Notes: generated by a model not told the origin, from the sequence alone. A DNA stretch of 64,000 nt from Nemertoderma westbladi (GCA_032718475.1 JAUCBJ010005652.1:62001-126000), one strand, 5' to 3'; positions 48,959 to 61,500 are shown, counted from the stretch's first letter. Numbers and translations: made by a program.

Positions 48959-50584
48959 ATCTGCTATCTGAGTTTATTAATATTAGTATGAGTCAATATT
49001 TAGGCAAGCGGGCGTCGCTGCCTACTAGTCTTTGACCCCGGACAGTGGGTTTCTCAGCGCCGATGTACCGTTGTAGCGGTGTTTGCGCCAACATGTAGCA
49101 ACAGCACGACAACGATAATCGACACAAGTCCCACCACTGTCCGTCCCAAAGGCTTGAATCCACTTGAGGTTATCTCGGTAGAGTTAGGCTACTTTACAAT
49201 TGCGATTAGCTACTGTAAACACACTTTAGTAGTATCATTCACCTATAAACGCACAAATTCCATACAATCATTACTTACTGCACACATGCAAGCCATTTTG
49301 TCCGTTAGTCATTGTCTTCCAGAATGTCACGTTATTACTATGTATCCTTGGATACTAATAGTGCGCTATGTATTCTCTTATGCTACGCAATGGGGCAAGC
49401 CTTTATTGTTCCTTTAACTTGCTTCTAATTCCAGCGTGGGTGTTGCCATGGTGACATTATGGAAAACTAGCGGTAGAATTAGGGTAATTCTCATGCATAC
49501 AGATCTGGGATGTTATTTAATAGTAATTCTTTAATTGTCAATATCCTCTTTATGCATGATTTTATAAATTTTATCGGCTATTGACTATATGTTGGAGATT
49601 CTCACACTCTAATACACTCAATATGAATCTCCGCTCCCATGATCTATTAATTACTGGAATTTTGGGAATGTTATAAATTGCACAAAATGACAATTTATGA
49701 AATTCATTTGAATATGAATTTAAATTTATTCCCGTGAATTTTATTATTTGATGTTAAATTGACACAAATTTTATTCCAGAGCATATCTGGGGACTTAGGA
49801 TCCTTAATTCTATAAAATAGTCCTTCTAAGAATATCGGTAAATACTGCGATATCTTAATTGACTAGAAATTTTAAAGGATCGGGATTTTACAGATTTTAA
49901 TAAATATTAAATTAATATTTAGGATGGGCACCGATTTATTCCAGAACTTGTCTGGGGACATTAACCACTGATTCTAGAATTTGTCTTTCAAGTATATCGG
50001 TGGGTGCCGCGATATCTTAATCGACTAGAATTACAGGTGGTCAAAGGGTTTAACAGATTTATTTTGCGTTATACGCTACTGTTAAAGGGACATCACGCTA
50101 CTATATGTATTATTTAATATAAGGTAGAAGAGCAATATCGCACGAAGCAATGTCAGTGTGAAGAGGCAAGTCGTTTCCAAGGTCTACCCAGAGCTTGGTT
50201 TAGCCGAGACACGAGGATCTGAACTTTGCATTCCTAATACTCTGCCTACCAATAATACTTAAATATAGTAGTGGCTTTATTGTACTTTAATAAGTACGGA
50301 CATTTCATCTTACTGTAGTCACGTATTTATAATATGATACGGACAGTAAGGAAAGAGAAAAAATAATTATTTCTCGCCGTCGCACTAAATATATATTATA
50401 AATAATTACGTACGTAATAAACGCTAATATATTGCACTAATCTACTAAATAATCCCTAAAATAACATTCTACCAAATAAAATTAAAGAAAACGATTATAA
50501 TAATATTACGTAATAATACATACATAAATATAAAATAAAAAACAAATATAAAATGATATAGTCACACACCCACTCCATATGTTA

Positions 50585-53500
50585 TTATGTTATGGAGTCC
50601 CTAGATATTTGTCGGATTAGGGAAGTGGTCGTAGGAAGAGTATCTTGCCTTCCATAGTTTCCGGACAGTTTTTGGTCTCTTTCCAGTAAACATAAACGAC
50701 CAGCTGGGTGATTGGGTTGTCGTGTTACTTTCTCCGCTCCCTTGGCCTGTCTAATCTCAGCCGGGTTAAGGTGGGGAGGCCATTCATCTTCTTCTTTACT
50801 TAGGGAGTCGGGTCCACCTAACCAGCCTGGAGTATCTATCAGTTCTTGAGGAGTTGCTCCTCTGGAAGCGATGTCGGCTGGATTAATCGTCCCAAGGCAA
50901 TGTCTCCATTGATCTACATTGGAGTTAATATCGTCATTATCTGAGGAGTATGGTGTTCCCTCAGTTGGGTCGTCCACATCACTGCTCTCCACTTCCCCCT
51001 TTACTTGGTATACCTGTTGTTGAGGTAATCTCTCTTTGAGAGTTCTACGGGAAGGGCCAGTGAAGTACCAACCTACTCTAGTTCTTACCGCATAGGTTTG
51101 TAGTGGCTGTGGTTGAGCAGGCCGTTTCTCTAATGGCTCGAGCGCCTCATGCGCGTTTTGGCCGATGAGTATTTGCACTCCAGGATAATCGGTTTGGAAT
51201 CGAGGTATCTCAAGATGTTGGATGCACTCGTCCTCGTCCCAGTTATAAGGTTCTGCTTGAGTAGTAGCAAAGTTCTTTATAGCCACCATTTTTACTGACC
51301 TTATACCTTGTGTTCCTAACTTATCCTGGGGGGTGGACAACACACCTACATAGTAATCTGCCGTTAGGGTAGATTTCCAAACCTGCATAATTCCTGACAT
51401 ATTCAATTTAGTCCGGAACTTGGGTTGTCCAGCAAAGATATCTTCGGCTAGTTCTTGATCGATGAATGTTCCTGTGATGCCGGAGTCAAGTAGGGCGTTC
51501 ACTATGTAACTCTTGTTGGGACCATGAACTCGAACTTGCACTACAGGAAATTCTCTTATTCCTATGTTGGAAGTTGGAACTTTCCAAGATGGTTGTTTGT
51601 CAAAAGGAGTTGGAGTAAACTCGTCAGTGTCCTTTTCATCCGTAAGTGCTCGATACACTGTGGTATTTATTAGATAACAGGATTCGTTGGCATCGGAGAA
51701 TTCGTCTGTATAGAATCCTTCCCACTCAGAACCTTGGTCAGTGTCGTTCACATCACTGAATTGGACATGTAATTCGGGCTCACTTACCTGACTCGGGTTG
51801 TCTCGTTCGAACTCACTGTGTAACAAAATGTGATGTTTCGCGCCACACTTTGCACACTTTGCGTCGGAGTAACAGGTTCGCCGTTGGTGTCCTGATCTGA
51901 GGCAATTATAGCATAACCGCTTATTCCACAGGACTGTACGTCTGTCTACAGGGGATTTCTTTAGAAATTCAGCACACGCACTCAAACGGTGAGGCCCGTC
52001 GCACAGCGCACATTTTGGTTTGATGTTACTCACCTTAACTTGGTTAACGTTATGCACTCTCGTTCTTTCTTCGGGCTTTCTTCCGTGAATTCTCTTAGGA
52101 GACGTAGGAGGAGTTGTTGTTACCTGTTCTCTCCTGTCACTGGTTCGAGACTTGTATTTACTTACGTCTTTATAGGTCTTGTTGTCATAGTAAGATTTTG
52201 CTGTGTCTTTCCCGCTGTCCTCTTCTTGAGAAGCTTGGCTTTCGCCGTCGTCAGTATAACACACTGGTATTATCCTTCTCCTAGAATCGGGTTTCTCACT
52301 TACCTTATTTTCCGATGTTTTCTCTCTGGCCTGCCTTATAAGTTGTAATTTTACTTCACTATCTAAGAAAGACATGAGATCAGCCATGGTAGGACTTCGT
52401 CGTTGTTGTTCATTCATGTACAACACTTTCTTGTCCCAGCGTGTACATACTCCACCCTTTGGTAAAGTAGAGACTACGGCTCCAATAACCATGGAACTCT
52501 GATATTCATGCGACTTACCTAACCAGTCCAGTTGTCTACAGATCTCTTGAATTTCATCGGAAAACTCTATAATCCCGCTACTAAGGAAGTGTCGGGGGGC
52601 TACTAATTTTGCATACAAATACTTAGCTATGTTATCCTTGTTACCATACCTGATGTTTAGTGTATCCCAAACTTGTCTTAATCCATCTGGATGTCCAATA
52701 AACTTTAACGCCATTAACTTGGGAGGTCCTTCCAAGCACTTGATGAGGAATCTAAGTTTCTCTCCGTTAGATAGTACAGAGTTCTGTATGCTATCTTTGT
52801 AATATTCGTTGAAAGGTAACCATTTCATCTCATCTCCATTGAATTTGACGATCTCTCCCACTTTGACCGCTTGGCGGGCTTCTGTTCTAGCCATCTGACG
52901 CGTAAAGCTTTCTTGGACCATCGTGTTATTTAATATCGAATTATCGGTATATAAATTTCTCGGATCATTATCAGGTCTATAGGGAATATCATTAATAACA
53001 GGTTTATAATCACCCTTAATAGGGTTTGCTATAGGAGTTTCAACTTCACTAGCAGTATAGATGCGTGTAGGCTCCACACCTTGCGCATGTAGTACTTCAG
53101 ACCTAACAGGTTGACACAATGTTACAGGGGGTATTGGTATGCCCTTTTGGATATTGACTAATTTGTCGCGTTCTAGTGCGATACTTTGCTGCACTTCTTG
53201 CAACTCTGCTCTACCTTCCCTCACTGTTCCCTTAAGTTGGTGGACAGTCTCCTGCATCTGTCCCAGCAGGAGATTCATCCCCCGCCGTCCCTCTTCCACC
53301 CACTCAACCGCCAAAGCGGGAGTCGCCAACATAGTAGCGGGCTGACGCGGGACGACGGGAGACAAATTATTGATTTCTCTCTCTGCTATCTGGACAGGGG
53401 TATTTGCATGGACTGTTCCACCGGGTACAGGCAGTGTAGTACTATGTAAAGGGAATTTAGAGTTAAGCTCTGGAAGTACAGGGGTCTCTAACACAGAAGT

Positions 53501-54784
53501 GACTTTGGGAACGACAGGCCTAATTATTTCAGGCTCATCAACTATTGTAGGGAGTCTTGTGACCTGAATAATTTGTTCTGTGGGTTCTGTACTACCTAAA
53601 TCTGTGCTAGTTAGCTGTCTTTTAACAGCGGGGGGCAAATCAGGCAGTTTATGACGGTGAGATGTTTTTCTACGCCTGCTTAGACGAGATCTATTTCCTC
53701 CGCCTTCAGGATCGGTGGTCTCGCCTTCCTCCGATGATGTGTATCCTTGGCGCTTGGGAGTAGATCGACTCATCATCTGCATTTGATTAGCAGTAAACTG
53801 TTTATTTATACTGTCTTGTGTCTCTTGCAGATTTTCCAACTCCAGTTGGGTAGTCTGCTCAGAGGCTCTCCGTTCTGCTTCGGCCACTGCCCTTTCCGCC
53901 TTTGCTTCTGCCGCCGCTGCCTTTCTTTTTGCTTCTGCTTCTGCCGCTGCTGCCCTTGCTGCTATTCTTTCTGCTTCTACTTCTGCCGCCGCTGCCTTTC
54001 TTTCTGCTTCTGCTTCTGCCATAGCCGCCGCCTTTTGTTCCTCTATCCTTCTTTTCTTTATTTGTTCTTCTCGGACTCTAATGAGGCGGAGTTTTTCATC
54101 ACATTCAGCTTGGTTTGCAGCTAACATTTCGGCATCGATTGCGTCCAACACAAGCTTGGTTCCTTCACTATTAGGGGAAAGTCCAGACAGCCGTCTCCTC
54201 AACTCTTCGTCTCCTAGGAATCGCTGATAGTCGGACAAATAAATGTCGATAGCGTCTCTAGTTCGCGGCTTCTCTGCTGATGTTAATTCGCTTTCCACTT
54301 CGCTTTCCACCTCGCTTTCCACTTCGCCTTCCACCTCACTTTCCACTTCGCCTTCCACCTCACTTTCCACTTGAGAAGAAGTGGCGTCGGTTGATTCCCC
54401 ACAGGCTGGCCGCCCATCATAAACCGTATCCGCCATCTTCGCTCCGCGTTCGGGCGTCCGCTCAACAGTATCCGAACTACTGGAGCTATCGGGCCGCTGA
54501 GAACTAGGTTCTTGGCTAGGAGGTTGCTGCTGTTTTATAGCTTCTTCTTGATCCCGCTTGACTTGGGCCCGAGTGCCTATGGCAGACCAACGGCGCTTCA
54601 CTAACTTCGCAAATTGCGAAATCTTTTCTACCAACCTAGGTTCTGTCACAATCACCGCAGGGGTTGCCCTTCTTACAGTATGAGGGGTTTCAGACCTCGG
54701 TCTGGGATTCTCTACACTTTGATCCGAGAAACAGGCTGTTGTTTCTAGGAGACTATCTGACAGAGTTTGCCTTGTGTCAGCCAT
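50585..54784 (-). CDS. gag: Open gag-protease ORF (1399 aa) fused in frame to two small pol remnants; RT, most of RNase H and IN are deleted
   Basis: CALCDGPH..C, CYNCLRSGH..C, CAKCGAKHH..LH, LLDSG; junctions SDNDDI/NSNVDQWRHC and GAEKV/TRQPNHPAGRLCLL. Confidence 0.9.
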   Translation of the reverse strand: MADTRQTLSDSLLETTACFSDQSVENPRPRSETPHTVRRATPAVIVTEPRLVEKISQFAKLVKRRWSAIGTRAQVKRDQEEAIKQQQPPSQEPSSQRPDSSSSSDTVERTPERGAKMADTVYDGRPACGESTDATSSQVESEVEGEVESEVEGEVESEVESEVESELTSAEKPRTRDAIDIYLSDYQRFLGDEELRRRLSGLSPNSEGTKLVLDAIDAEMLAANQAECDEKLRLIRVREEQIKKRRIEEQKAAAMAEAEAERKAAAAEVEAERIAARAAAAEAEAKRKAAAAEAKAERAVAEAERRASEQTTQLELENLQETQDSINKQFTANQMQMMSRSTPKRQGYTSSEEGETTDPEGGGNRSRLSRRRKTSHRHKLPDLPPAVKRQLTSTDLGSTEPTEQIIQVTRLPTIVDEPEIIRPVVPKVTSVLETPVLPELNSKFPLHSTTLPVPGGTVHANTPVQIAEREINNLSPVVPRQPATMLATPALAVEWVEEGRRGMNLLLGQMQETVHQLKGTVREGRAELQEVQQSIALERDKLVNIQKGIPIPPVTLCQPVRSEVLHAQGVEPTRIYTASEVETPIANPIKGDYKPVINDIPYRPDNDPRNLYTDNSILNNTMVQESFTRQMARTEARQAVKVGEIVKFNGDEMKWLPFNEYYKDSIQNSVLSNGEKLRFLIKCLEGPPKLMALKFIGHPDGLRQVWDTLNIRYGNKDNIAKYLYAKLVAPRHFLSSGIIEFSDEIQEICRQLDWLGKSHEYQSSMVIGAVVSTLPKGGVCTRWDKKVLYMNEQQRRSPTMADLMSFLDSEVKLQLIRQAREKTSENKVSEKPDSRRRIIPVCYTDDGESQASQEEDSGKDTAKSYYDNKTYKDVSKYKSRTSDRREQVTTTPPTSPKRIHGRKPEERTRVHNVNQVKVSNIKPKCALCDGPHRLSACAEFLKKSPVDRRTVLWNKRLCYNCLRSGHQRRTCYSDAKCAKCGAKHHILLHSEFERDNPSQVSEPELHVQFSDVNDTDQGSEWEGFYTDEFSDANESCYLINTTVYRALTDEKDTDEFTPTPFDKQPSWKVPTSNIGIREFPVVQVRVHGPNKSYIVNALLDSGITGTFIDQELAEDIFAGQPKFRTKLNMSGIMQVWKSTLTADYYVGVLSTPQDKLGTQGIRSVKMVAIKNFATTQAEPYNWDEDECIQHLEIPRFQTDYPGVQILIGQNAHEALEPLEKRPAQPQPLQTYAVRTRVGWYFTGPSRRTLKERLPQQQVYQVKGEVESSDVDDPTEGTPYSSDNDDINSNVDQWRHCLGTINPADIASRGATPQELIDTPGWLGGPDSLSKEEDEWPPHLNPAEIRQAKGAEKVTRQPNHPAGRLCLLERDQKLSGNYGRQDTLPTTTSLIRQISRDSIT
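54288..54371. repeat. 12-bp coding tandem repeat (VESE/VEGE)
   Basis: TTCCACYTCGCY units. Confidence 0.85.
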
Positions 54785-56129
54785 GTTTGATTGTACAGTC
54801 GAATGCCTACTGCTATATTACAGTTAAAGCAAGTCTAGTAATTCAGTATCACTGTTAGCCTAATAATTAATTACCGATACTGCTACTCAGTGTAGCGTGA
54901 TATATATATAATATATTAGAATACCGGTATGCTTATAATATATATATAAGTATTATTACAGACTAGATTTGTCACAGAGTACCGGTATATAATTTTAGCA
55001 CAAATATATATAAATATATAATAGGCCTATCGTGAATACCGGTATACAGCCTACACTTATAGTATATAAGTATAATTCTGGACTATAATTAATTACAGAG
55101 TACCGGTATGATTTCAGCACAAATTTATAGAAATAAATATAATAAGCCTATGGTAAGTACCGGTATGTCAATTATTTTTAGAATAATTGAATTCCTGAAT
55201 ATTTTAGGGTTACTTAGTTACTTTAACTTACTTTATTACCGTTATTTAAGCAGTAGTCCAACTGATATTGAGACCTAGTTGTTGTATGGCAGGCCTACTA
55301 TTTATAAATCGTTTGAGTTGATTTATAATATTTATATACCCGTTTAAATGGGTTTTTGTCAATATTTGAAATAAATGTTATTATTTCTGGGGGTCACTAC
55401 ACGGAAGCTGTGCACTCTCAGTGAAGTGCTATTTATTTGACACTAAAACTGATAATTCTAATTTACCTAAGTTACTTAATACTACGAATTACTTACGATA
55501 CGGGTGAGATTAATTCTCTAATTAAACACAACAAAATATTACGTACGAAATTTTTTAGGGTAATTTTACAGGAAGTCTACAAACCAGTCCAACAAAGGGT
55601 TAGATTTCTGGCTATTACAAAGGACAGGGTACTACGGTATTTAAATAATAAGTAGTAGTAAATATATTGTACTGTCCAGATAGGAAAATACCACCGCCTG
55701 ACGACCTATAACCGTATCGCTATAGGTACTACGTTATGTATCACGGATTGTTCCTACCCAGAAGCTAATAGAGCTAACGAATGTGCCTATCAACCACTTT
55801 ACAACACAAATATACTGCCTACACTAATTACTTTGGAAAGCACTGTACACTAAACCCTAAATTAGGTACAAGTACCGGTATAACAAATAATCAGTAGTTA
55901 AATATACTTGAACAGTTAAAAGAACCACGGCATCTGCTGGAGTGACCGAAGCACAAAGTCGTCAGTCTTTACCTACGCCAAGCAGCCCTGATGTAGTACC
56001 GGGGTTAGTTTAACTATAACGGTATGTATAACAAGCACAATTACTGTAGGAATAAACTTGGGGACATGAATGTTGCGAATAATCGCATAAACTCTGAATA
56101 ATAAATATTACGCTACCCGTACAGAATAC

Positions 56130-56670
56130 TCAAACAAATACAAACCAAACGCTGGCAGACTACTATTAAGCCTAAACAAACTACAGTATATGTGCAGATT
56201 CTGAAACTGTTAGTTAGTATGCGTTCTAACACGGTAGTACGACTTACTCTTTAAGAGGGGATTGTCCTTACAGCATATGGCTGCCCCAACTTACTAACGG
56301 CACTTGATCAGACCAACTCTACACACGCAGCAATCCCTTCAGACCCAAAAATAGCCAGACAACAATCCAGCCTACAAAATATTTGAGTAATAACTATTAC
56401 GGTACCTGAACAGACCACACAAACAAACACAGACTAAAACACTGGCAGACTACGATCAAGCCTAAACAAACTACAGTATGTGCAGATTCTGAGACTGTTA
56501 GTTAGTATGCGTTCTAACACGGTAGTACGACTTATTCTTTAAGAGGGGATTGACCTTCAGCATATGGCTGCCCCAACTTACTAACGGCACTTGATCAGAC
56601 CAACTCTACACACGCCGTAATCTCTCCAAACTCAACAACAGTCAGACAGCAGCTCAGCCTACAATTATCT
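56130..56670. repeat. ~290-bp tandem duplication in the copy C 5' UTR
   Basis: CTGGCAGACTAC…GCCTAAACAAACTACAGTAT…CCAACTCTACACACG occurs twice; single copy in B. Confidence 0.85.
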
Positions 56671-57039
56671 GAACAATCTGAGCAGGGTCACACGCCTTCT
56701 GCTCAATATTAGCCTACTAGTAAATAAAACCGACAGAAATAAGTAAACTATACAAAAGAATGAGGGGTGATCAATCCCTATTCCCCTGGCAGCCTACAAT
56801 ATACAATAGATCACAATCGAAATAATACTAAATGTACTTGTACAGCAGTACCGGTACCGGTGATGACAGTTAGGCCTACTGACCTACAGAAGTACCGGTT
56901 CAGTTTTACCGGTCACTACGGTATTTTGCAACCTTATTGCTTACTGCAATAAGATCGATAACTGTTACTGTTCGACAGAACAGTATTAAACTGTATTTAA
57001 TGCCTACACTTGCAACCTTATTGCTTACTGCAATAAGAT

Positions 57040-57051
57040 TATAACTGTTAC
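57040..57051 (-). promoter_or_regulatory. Non-tRNA primer-binding site of copy C (sense GTAACAGTTATA), complementary to its own LTR at 57795-57806
   Basis: Abuts the LTR CA end; no TGG; exact 12-nt reverse complement inside the LTR. Confidence 0.75.
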
Positions 57052-58287
57052 TGTTCGCGCTTTTGAAGACCTTTAGCAGTTTAACCTGCCAAAATTTATA
57101 TGTCTTTTAGTTAATTAACACACCTTTAGCATACGACAATATTTTATGCTAATAAACAAAACATTAGCCGAAGCCAGCCCATGCGCGATCATTCACCCGA
57201 TGGATCTACACCCGGGAGGCTGAATTCGGATGCTTAGATTTTATTATTGCAGTGTAAGGTTGCAGTGTAAGCCTACTGTATTATTCGATAGATCACTAAT
57301 AATTAATTTCTGACAGATATTATTAACTTTCGGGAAATATTAACAGTTCCTTTAGGACGTGGCGCTCTATCTATTTAAACAGAGCTAGGACTTATACTAA
57401 ACGCAACGATAAGGCTTATGATTAAAGTATAAGTCGCATTCTTTAGGAAATGCTTTGTTACCAGTCACATCACACTCACAATCATGCACACTATTCTGCC
57501 GACCGTCAGTACATTTGATCACACATGAAGAGAACAGCAATTGACTCAGGTAGTGTCCACTAAATAACATTAGATTCAATACACACCACATTGATATAAA
57601 TCGCAATTGTTATATATAGCCCGCCTCTCTAACCTGTAGTGTATCAAGAAAATTGGGAATTTGGGTGATTTATCCGTATTATCCAAAGAGCAATATTTCC
57701 ATCAACAAATAGGTACAATTAATAACTGACGGTAAATAGCAGTACAAACAATATGATTAGTGCAGTTAAATTAAGTGAGGTAACACCGCCGCCGGTAACA
57801 GTTATACTTTCTATAATCTAAGCAGTTTACTAGAGTTCTTACCAAAAAGCCGGTGTTTCTGGCTTGGACAGCAATAACAACAAAGTATCAAGTAAAAACA
57901 GTAAGACTGAACACTCTCCTTATGATCGGCTGAAAAGCTACACGTCGACAGGAAAAATCGCTCTGATTGGCTCAAGCCAAACAAAGAACTATGCGTCCAA
58001 TGGCTGTTTCCATGTCAGCAACCAGCTGTTAGATGTCGTAATATGAATCATCACGGCTAAGCTGTGAAAGGTAGTTGGTGCATTACAGGTTTTTTGCTTT
58101 ACCATGTCCGCCAAAACACGTATATAGCAGAATGATTTTTATGTCCGTTAAAACACCTGTAACGGTACCTTGCGGGCGAGGGGAATATATATACAGTTAG
58201 AGAACCTTTTTAGAGTATTCCAGCGCCTGGGGGGAAACTGGATTGCGAAGCAAAAGGGGCCAGTTATATCCCACAGAAGCTTTTACA
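57052..58287 (-). repeat. 5' LTR of copy C (1236 bp)
   Basis: Direct repeat of 46381-47616. Confidence 0.96.
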
Positions 58288-58517
58288 CAGCCAGTGCATA
58301 ATCTTGTACTTTGGCAGCCTCATGGAGTGAATAAGCATGGTGGACAGCCATGACTTTCTTGAGACGCATCTTAAAGGACACTGGCCTTAAAGATGCGGAT
58401 GATCTAGCAAATGTCATGGGTGATAGGGAGTTGTGGCGGTGCAATTTTGTTGACTAGCCGGCACAGCATTCTTAAAAATGCAGCTGCAATGCAGCATGCC
58501 GATCCTAGTAGTAGTAG
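58288..58517 (+). mobile_element. RTE LINE 3' fragment, right part, with (TAG)n tail
   Basis: VHNLVLWQPHG continuation; CCTAGTAGTAGTAGT end. Confidence 0.82.
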
Positions 58518-58589
58518 TTCCACATTAGTGTTGTGGTTTATACTATTAGTTGATACTTACATGAACAAGGTAGTAAACGAGTGCATTCT

Positions 58590-61500
58590 GCCAGTATGTT
58601 TCGAGTTTTATAACGCCAATAAACCCCAAAACCAACCCCAAAACCCATGTCCCACTCTCGACGCCCGAATTTCTGCCACCGAAGTTACAGAACCCAGTTA
58701 AACATGAGTATGTGTTTCATATATGGTTGCCATAAATAATTCGACATGTGATACATATATGTAAATGTTACAGTGTTGTCAAATGTGATCCATATGTGGA
58801 ATGTTCACATGTGATACACATATGTTTTTTATGTGACAAGTGCGACAAAAAGAGTAAAAATTTAAACTGAGACCGACCAATCACTGGTGTGGGTCTGCAT
58901 TTCCTATAGAGAGGTGGGGCGGGGGGGGGGGGGTAGCCTACCTCAGTACCATTATCCTATCCAATCCCTACACCCTATCCTACGGCCCTACACCTACCCT
59001 ATACATTTAGAGAAGGAAGCATCGGAGTATATATGACAATATTTAATCCATAGTGATATGAGAGTATCCTTAATAGATTTTGGTGATGATCCGTAAATTC
59101 GTATTCTATTAGTTAGATTTAATTAAGTTATCTAATTTCCAGCTATAATAGATTATTCATTTTGATAAATCTTCGAAAATTAATTAATTCTAAGATCATA
59201 TAATTGCTCATATGATATTTTATATCTAATTTTAAGACATCTTTTCCCTACAACATATATATACCACATATGAAACATATGTTCAATTTTTTAACGGGAT
59301 AAGAACTGCAATAGGCCTGCCTACCTTACGGATGGTATAGTGCATGTATGTTATCTGTCTATGTCTGTACCCCTTACTGATACTTAGCAGCGCAGATGAC
59401 AATGCACAACCACAACCTGACAAGTGAAAACCACCATACAGTCATACATATGTTTGTCTAATTCTGTTAATACAGCACTGTACAGTGCAAATGGACAGCA
59501 CAATGTGCATAGTGCAAGGCAGAAAGCAGGCAAGTCACACACTGCATCACTGAACAATTGAGTCAGTGAGTGGACTATGATAAGCGGTAGGCTTATGCAA
59601 CGCATTATGCTGTTATGGGTAAAATATAAAATAATTCGCGATTCACTAGCTAAACTGCAAGCGACACGACGTGGTTAAGAAGAAAGATTGGAGGATCAGA
59701 CTATGAAATGCCTATCATTTTAAGAATGTGTCCCACCACCAGCCCTCAAATGCAATAAACAAAACAATTGGACGATCGACTATGGTTACTTCAATTTAGT
59801 GTCCATACAGCCTTCACAGATCATTCAAACCTTATAGCAGGCCTATGTCTGTATGTATTGATTATACATTATATGGTTAAATAGCCGGTACTTTGAAAAT
59901 ACAGTATAACAAAAAATATAGATTCAACGTATTATACTGCTGATTAAAACGATATTTGTTCTTAATGCAAAAAGCTGAGTAGTGACATCAAGAAATTCCG
60001 CATCCCCCCTCGTTATTCTTTTCTGTACATGTATTACTGTAAGGACTGTATTACCATAAGGCAAACATGTGTGCAACATATAAAATCCATGAACTGGATT
60101 ACAAAATTACGAATTGAATAGTTTATAGATTGAAATTTAACTTCGGAGTCTTGGCTATGGCTATTTCACATATGCTCGACATATATTATTCACATGCGCA
60201 TTCTCACACATTTATTTATGATAAATCATGTAAATTCATATGTGCAACATATAAATACCATAAATGGCGATACACACATTCTAAGTGTATGTATCACCGC
60301 ATGCGTGACATGTATTATTCATACATGAGCATAAAAACCCAATTTCCAGACACACCTATTCCATACAACATATATATACCACATATGAAACATAAGTTCA
60401 TGTTTAACTGGGAAGCAGTCAAAGACCAGAAAGCCCATAAGGCAGCTGGTCCAGACAGAATAACCAACGAAATATTAAAATCCGGTTTTGGGTTATTATT
60501 ACCCTACTTACTTGCTTTATTCTCTTTGTGCTTTAATTGTGCCTGTTGCCCAGTTTCGTGGTTAGCGTCGTATCTACTACCACTTTACAAGGGAAAAGGC
60601 CCCAAGTGCTCTCCTGATAGTTATCGGGGTATAGCGATACTTTCTTGTTTACTCAAAACTTACACCGCCATTCTATTTACTAGACTTTATACGTGGGCGG
60701 AGTCTCATTTTATTTTACCGGTCCAGCAGTTCGGCTTTCGAAAAAAGCATTCCACAAAAATGGCTGTCAATTTACTGTATAACTTCATTCATACATCGCT
60801 ACAACCCGCAGGTGGTCATGTGTATTGTGTTTTTGTTGATTTTACCAAAGCTTTTGACTCCGTTAACAGGCAAAAACTTTGTTTTAAATTATCTCGTTTC
60901 GGTGTCAGCAAACATTTTATATCCTGTATTTGGGCCCTTATTGCTATTAATTTTGTCTACATTTGTGTTGGTGCATACGTTCTACAGCCGATAATTCAGA
61001 CCATTGGTGTTGTGCAAGGGGATAAACTTTCACCTCTTTTATTTAGTTTGTTTGTTGCAGATCTACCTAGTATTTTAGTTGCAGCTGGCTGCCTTGTTAT
61101 TATGATGCCGACGACCTGGCAATAGATGGTAACTCGATTGTTGACGTACAAAATGGTCTTGATTCTCTAGTTGACTATTGTAAGGTAAATGACCTAACCG
61201 TCAATTTATCCAAAACCAAAGCCATAAAATTTCGCCGGGGAGGTCGCATGTGTAACAATGATGTTCTAATTTACAAAGGTACGAAGATCGAATTTGTCAG
61301 TGAGTTTAATTATCTCGGTACAACTCTCTCAACCAAAAATGGCCCCAGCGGTCACTTCGCGCACTTGCACAAAAGGGGTCTGGCATGCTGTGTCCACTTA
61401 GCCTCGAAAATAAATATGTATCTGATCTCCTTAGACTCAGCAAAACGTCTATGGCTCTCGGTGGTCTTCCCTGCAGTCACCCATGGGTGCGATATTTTCA

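Larger units (their letters stand above)
46381..58287 (-). mobile_element. BEL/Pao copy C: two-LTR non-autonomous element (11.9 kb) with 5-bp TSD CAGCC
   Basis: LTRs 46381-47616 and 57052-58287 appear identical; TSD at 46376-46380 and 58288-58292; excision restores the RTE frame EDQP-VHNLVLWQPHG. Confidence 0.96.

Noticed and set aside
60130-60412. N-terminal ~94 aa of the 331-aa ORF
   Set aside because: Chance read-through from the CMC element; the real LINE frame continues from 58692.
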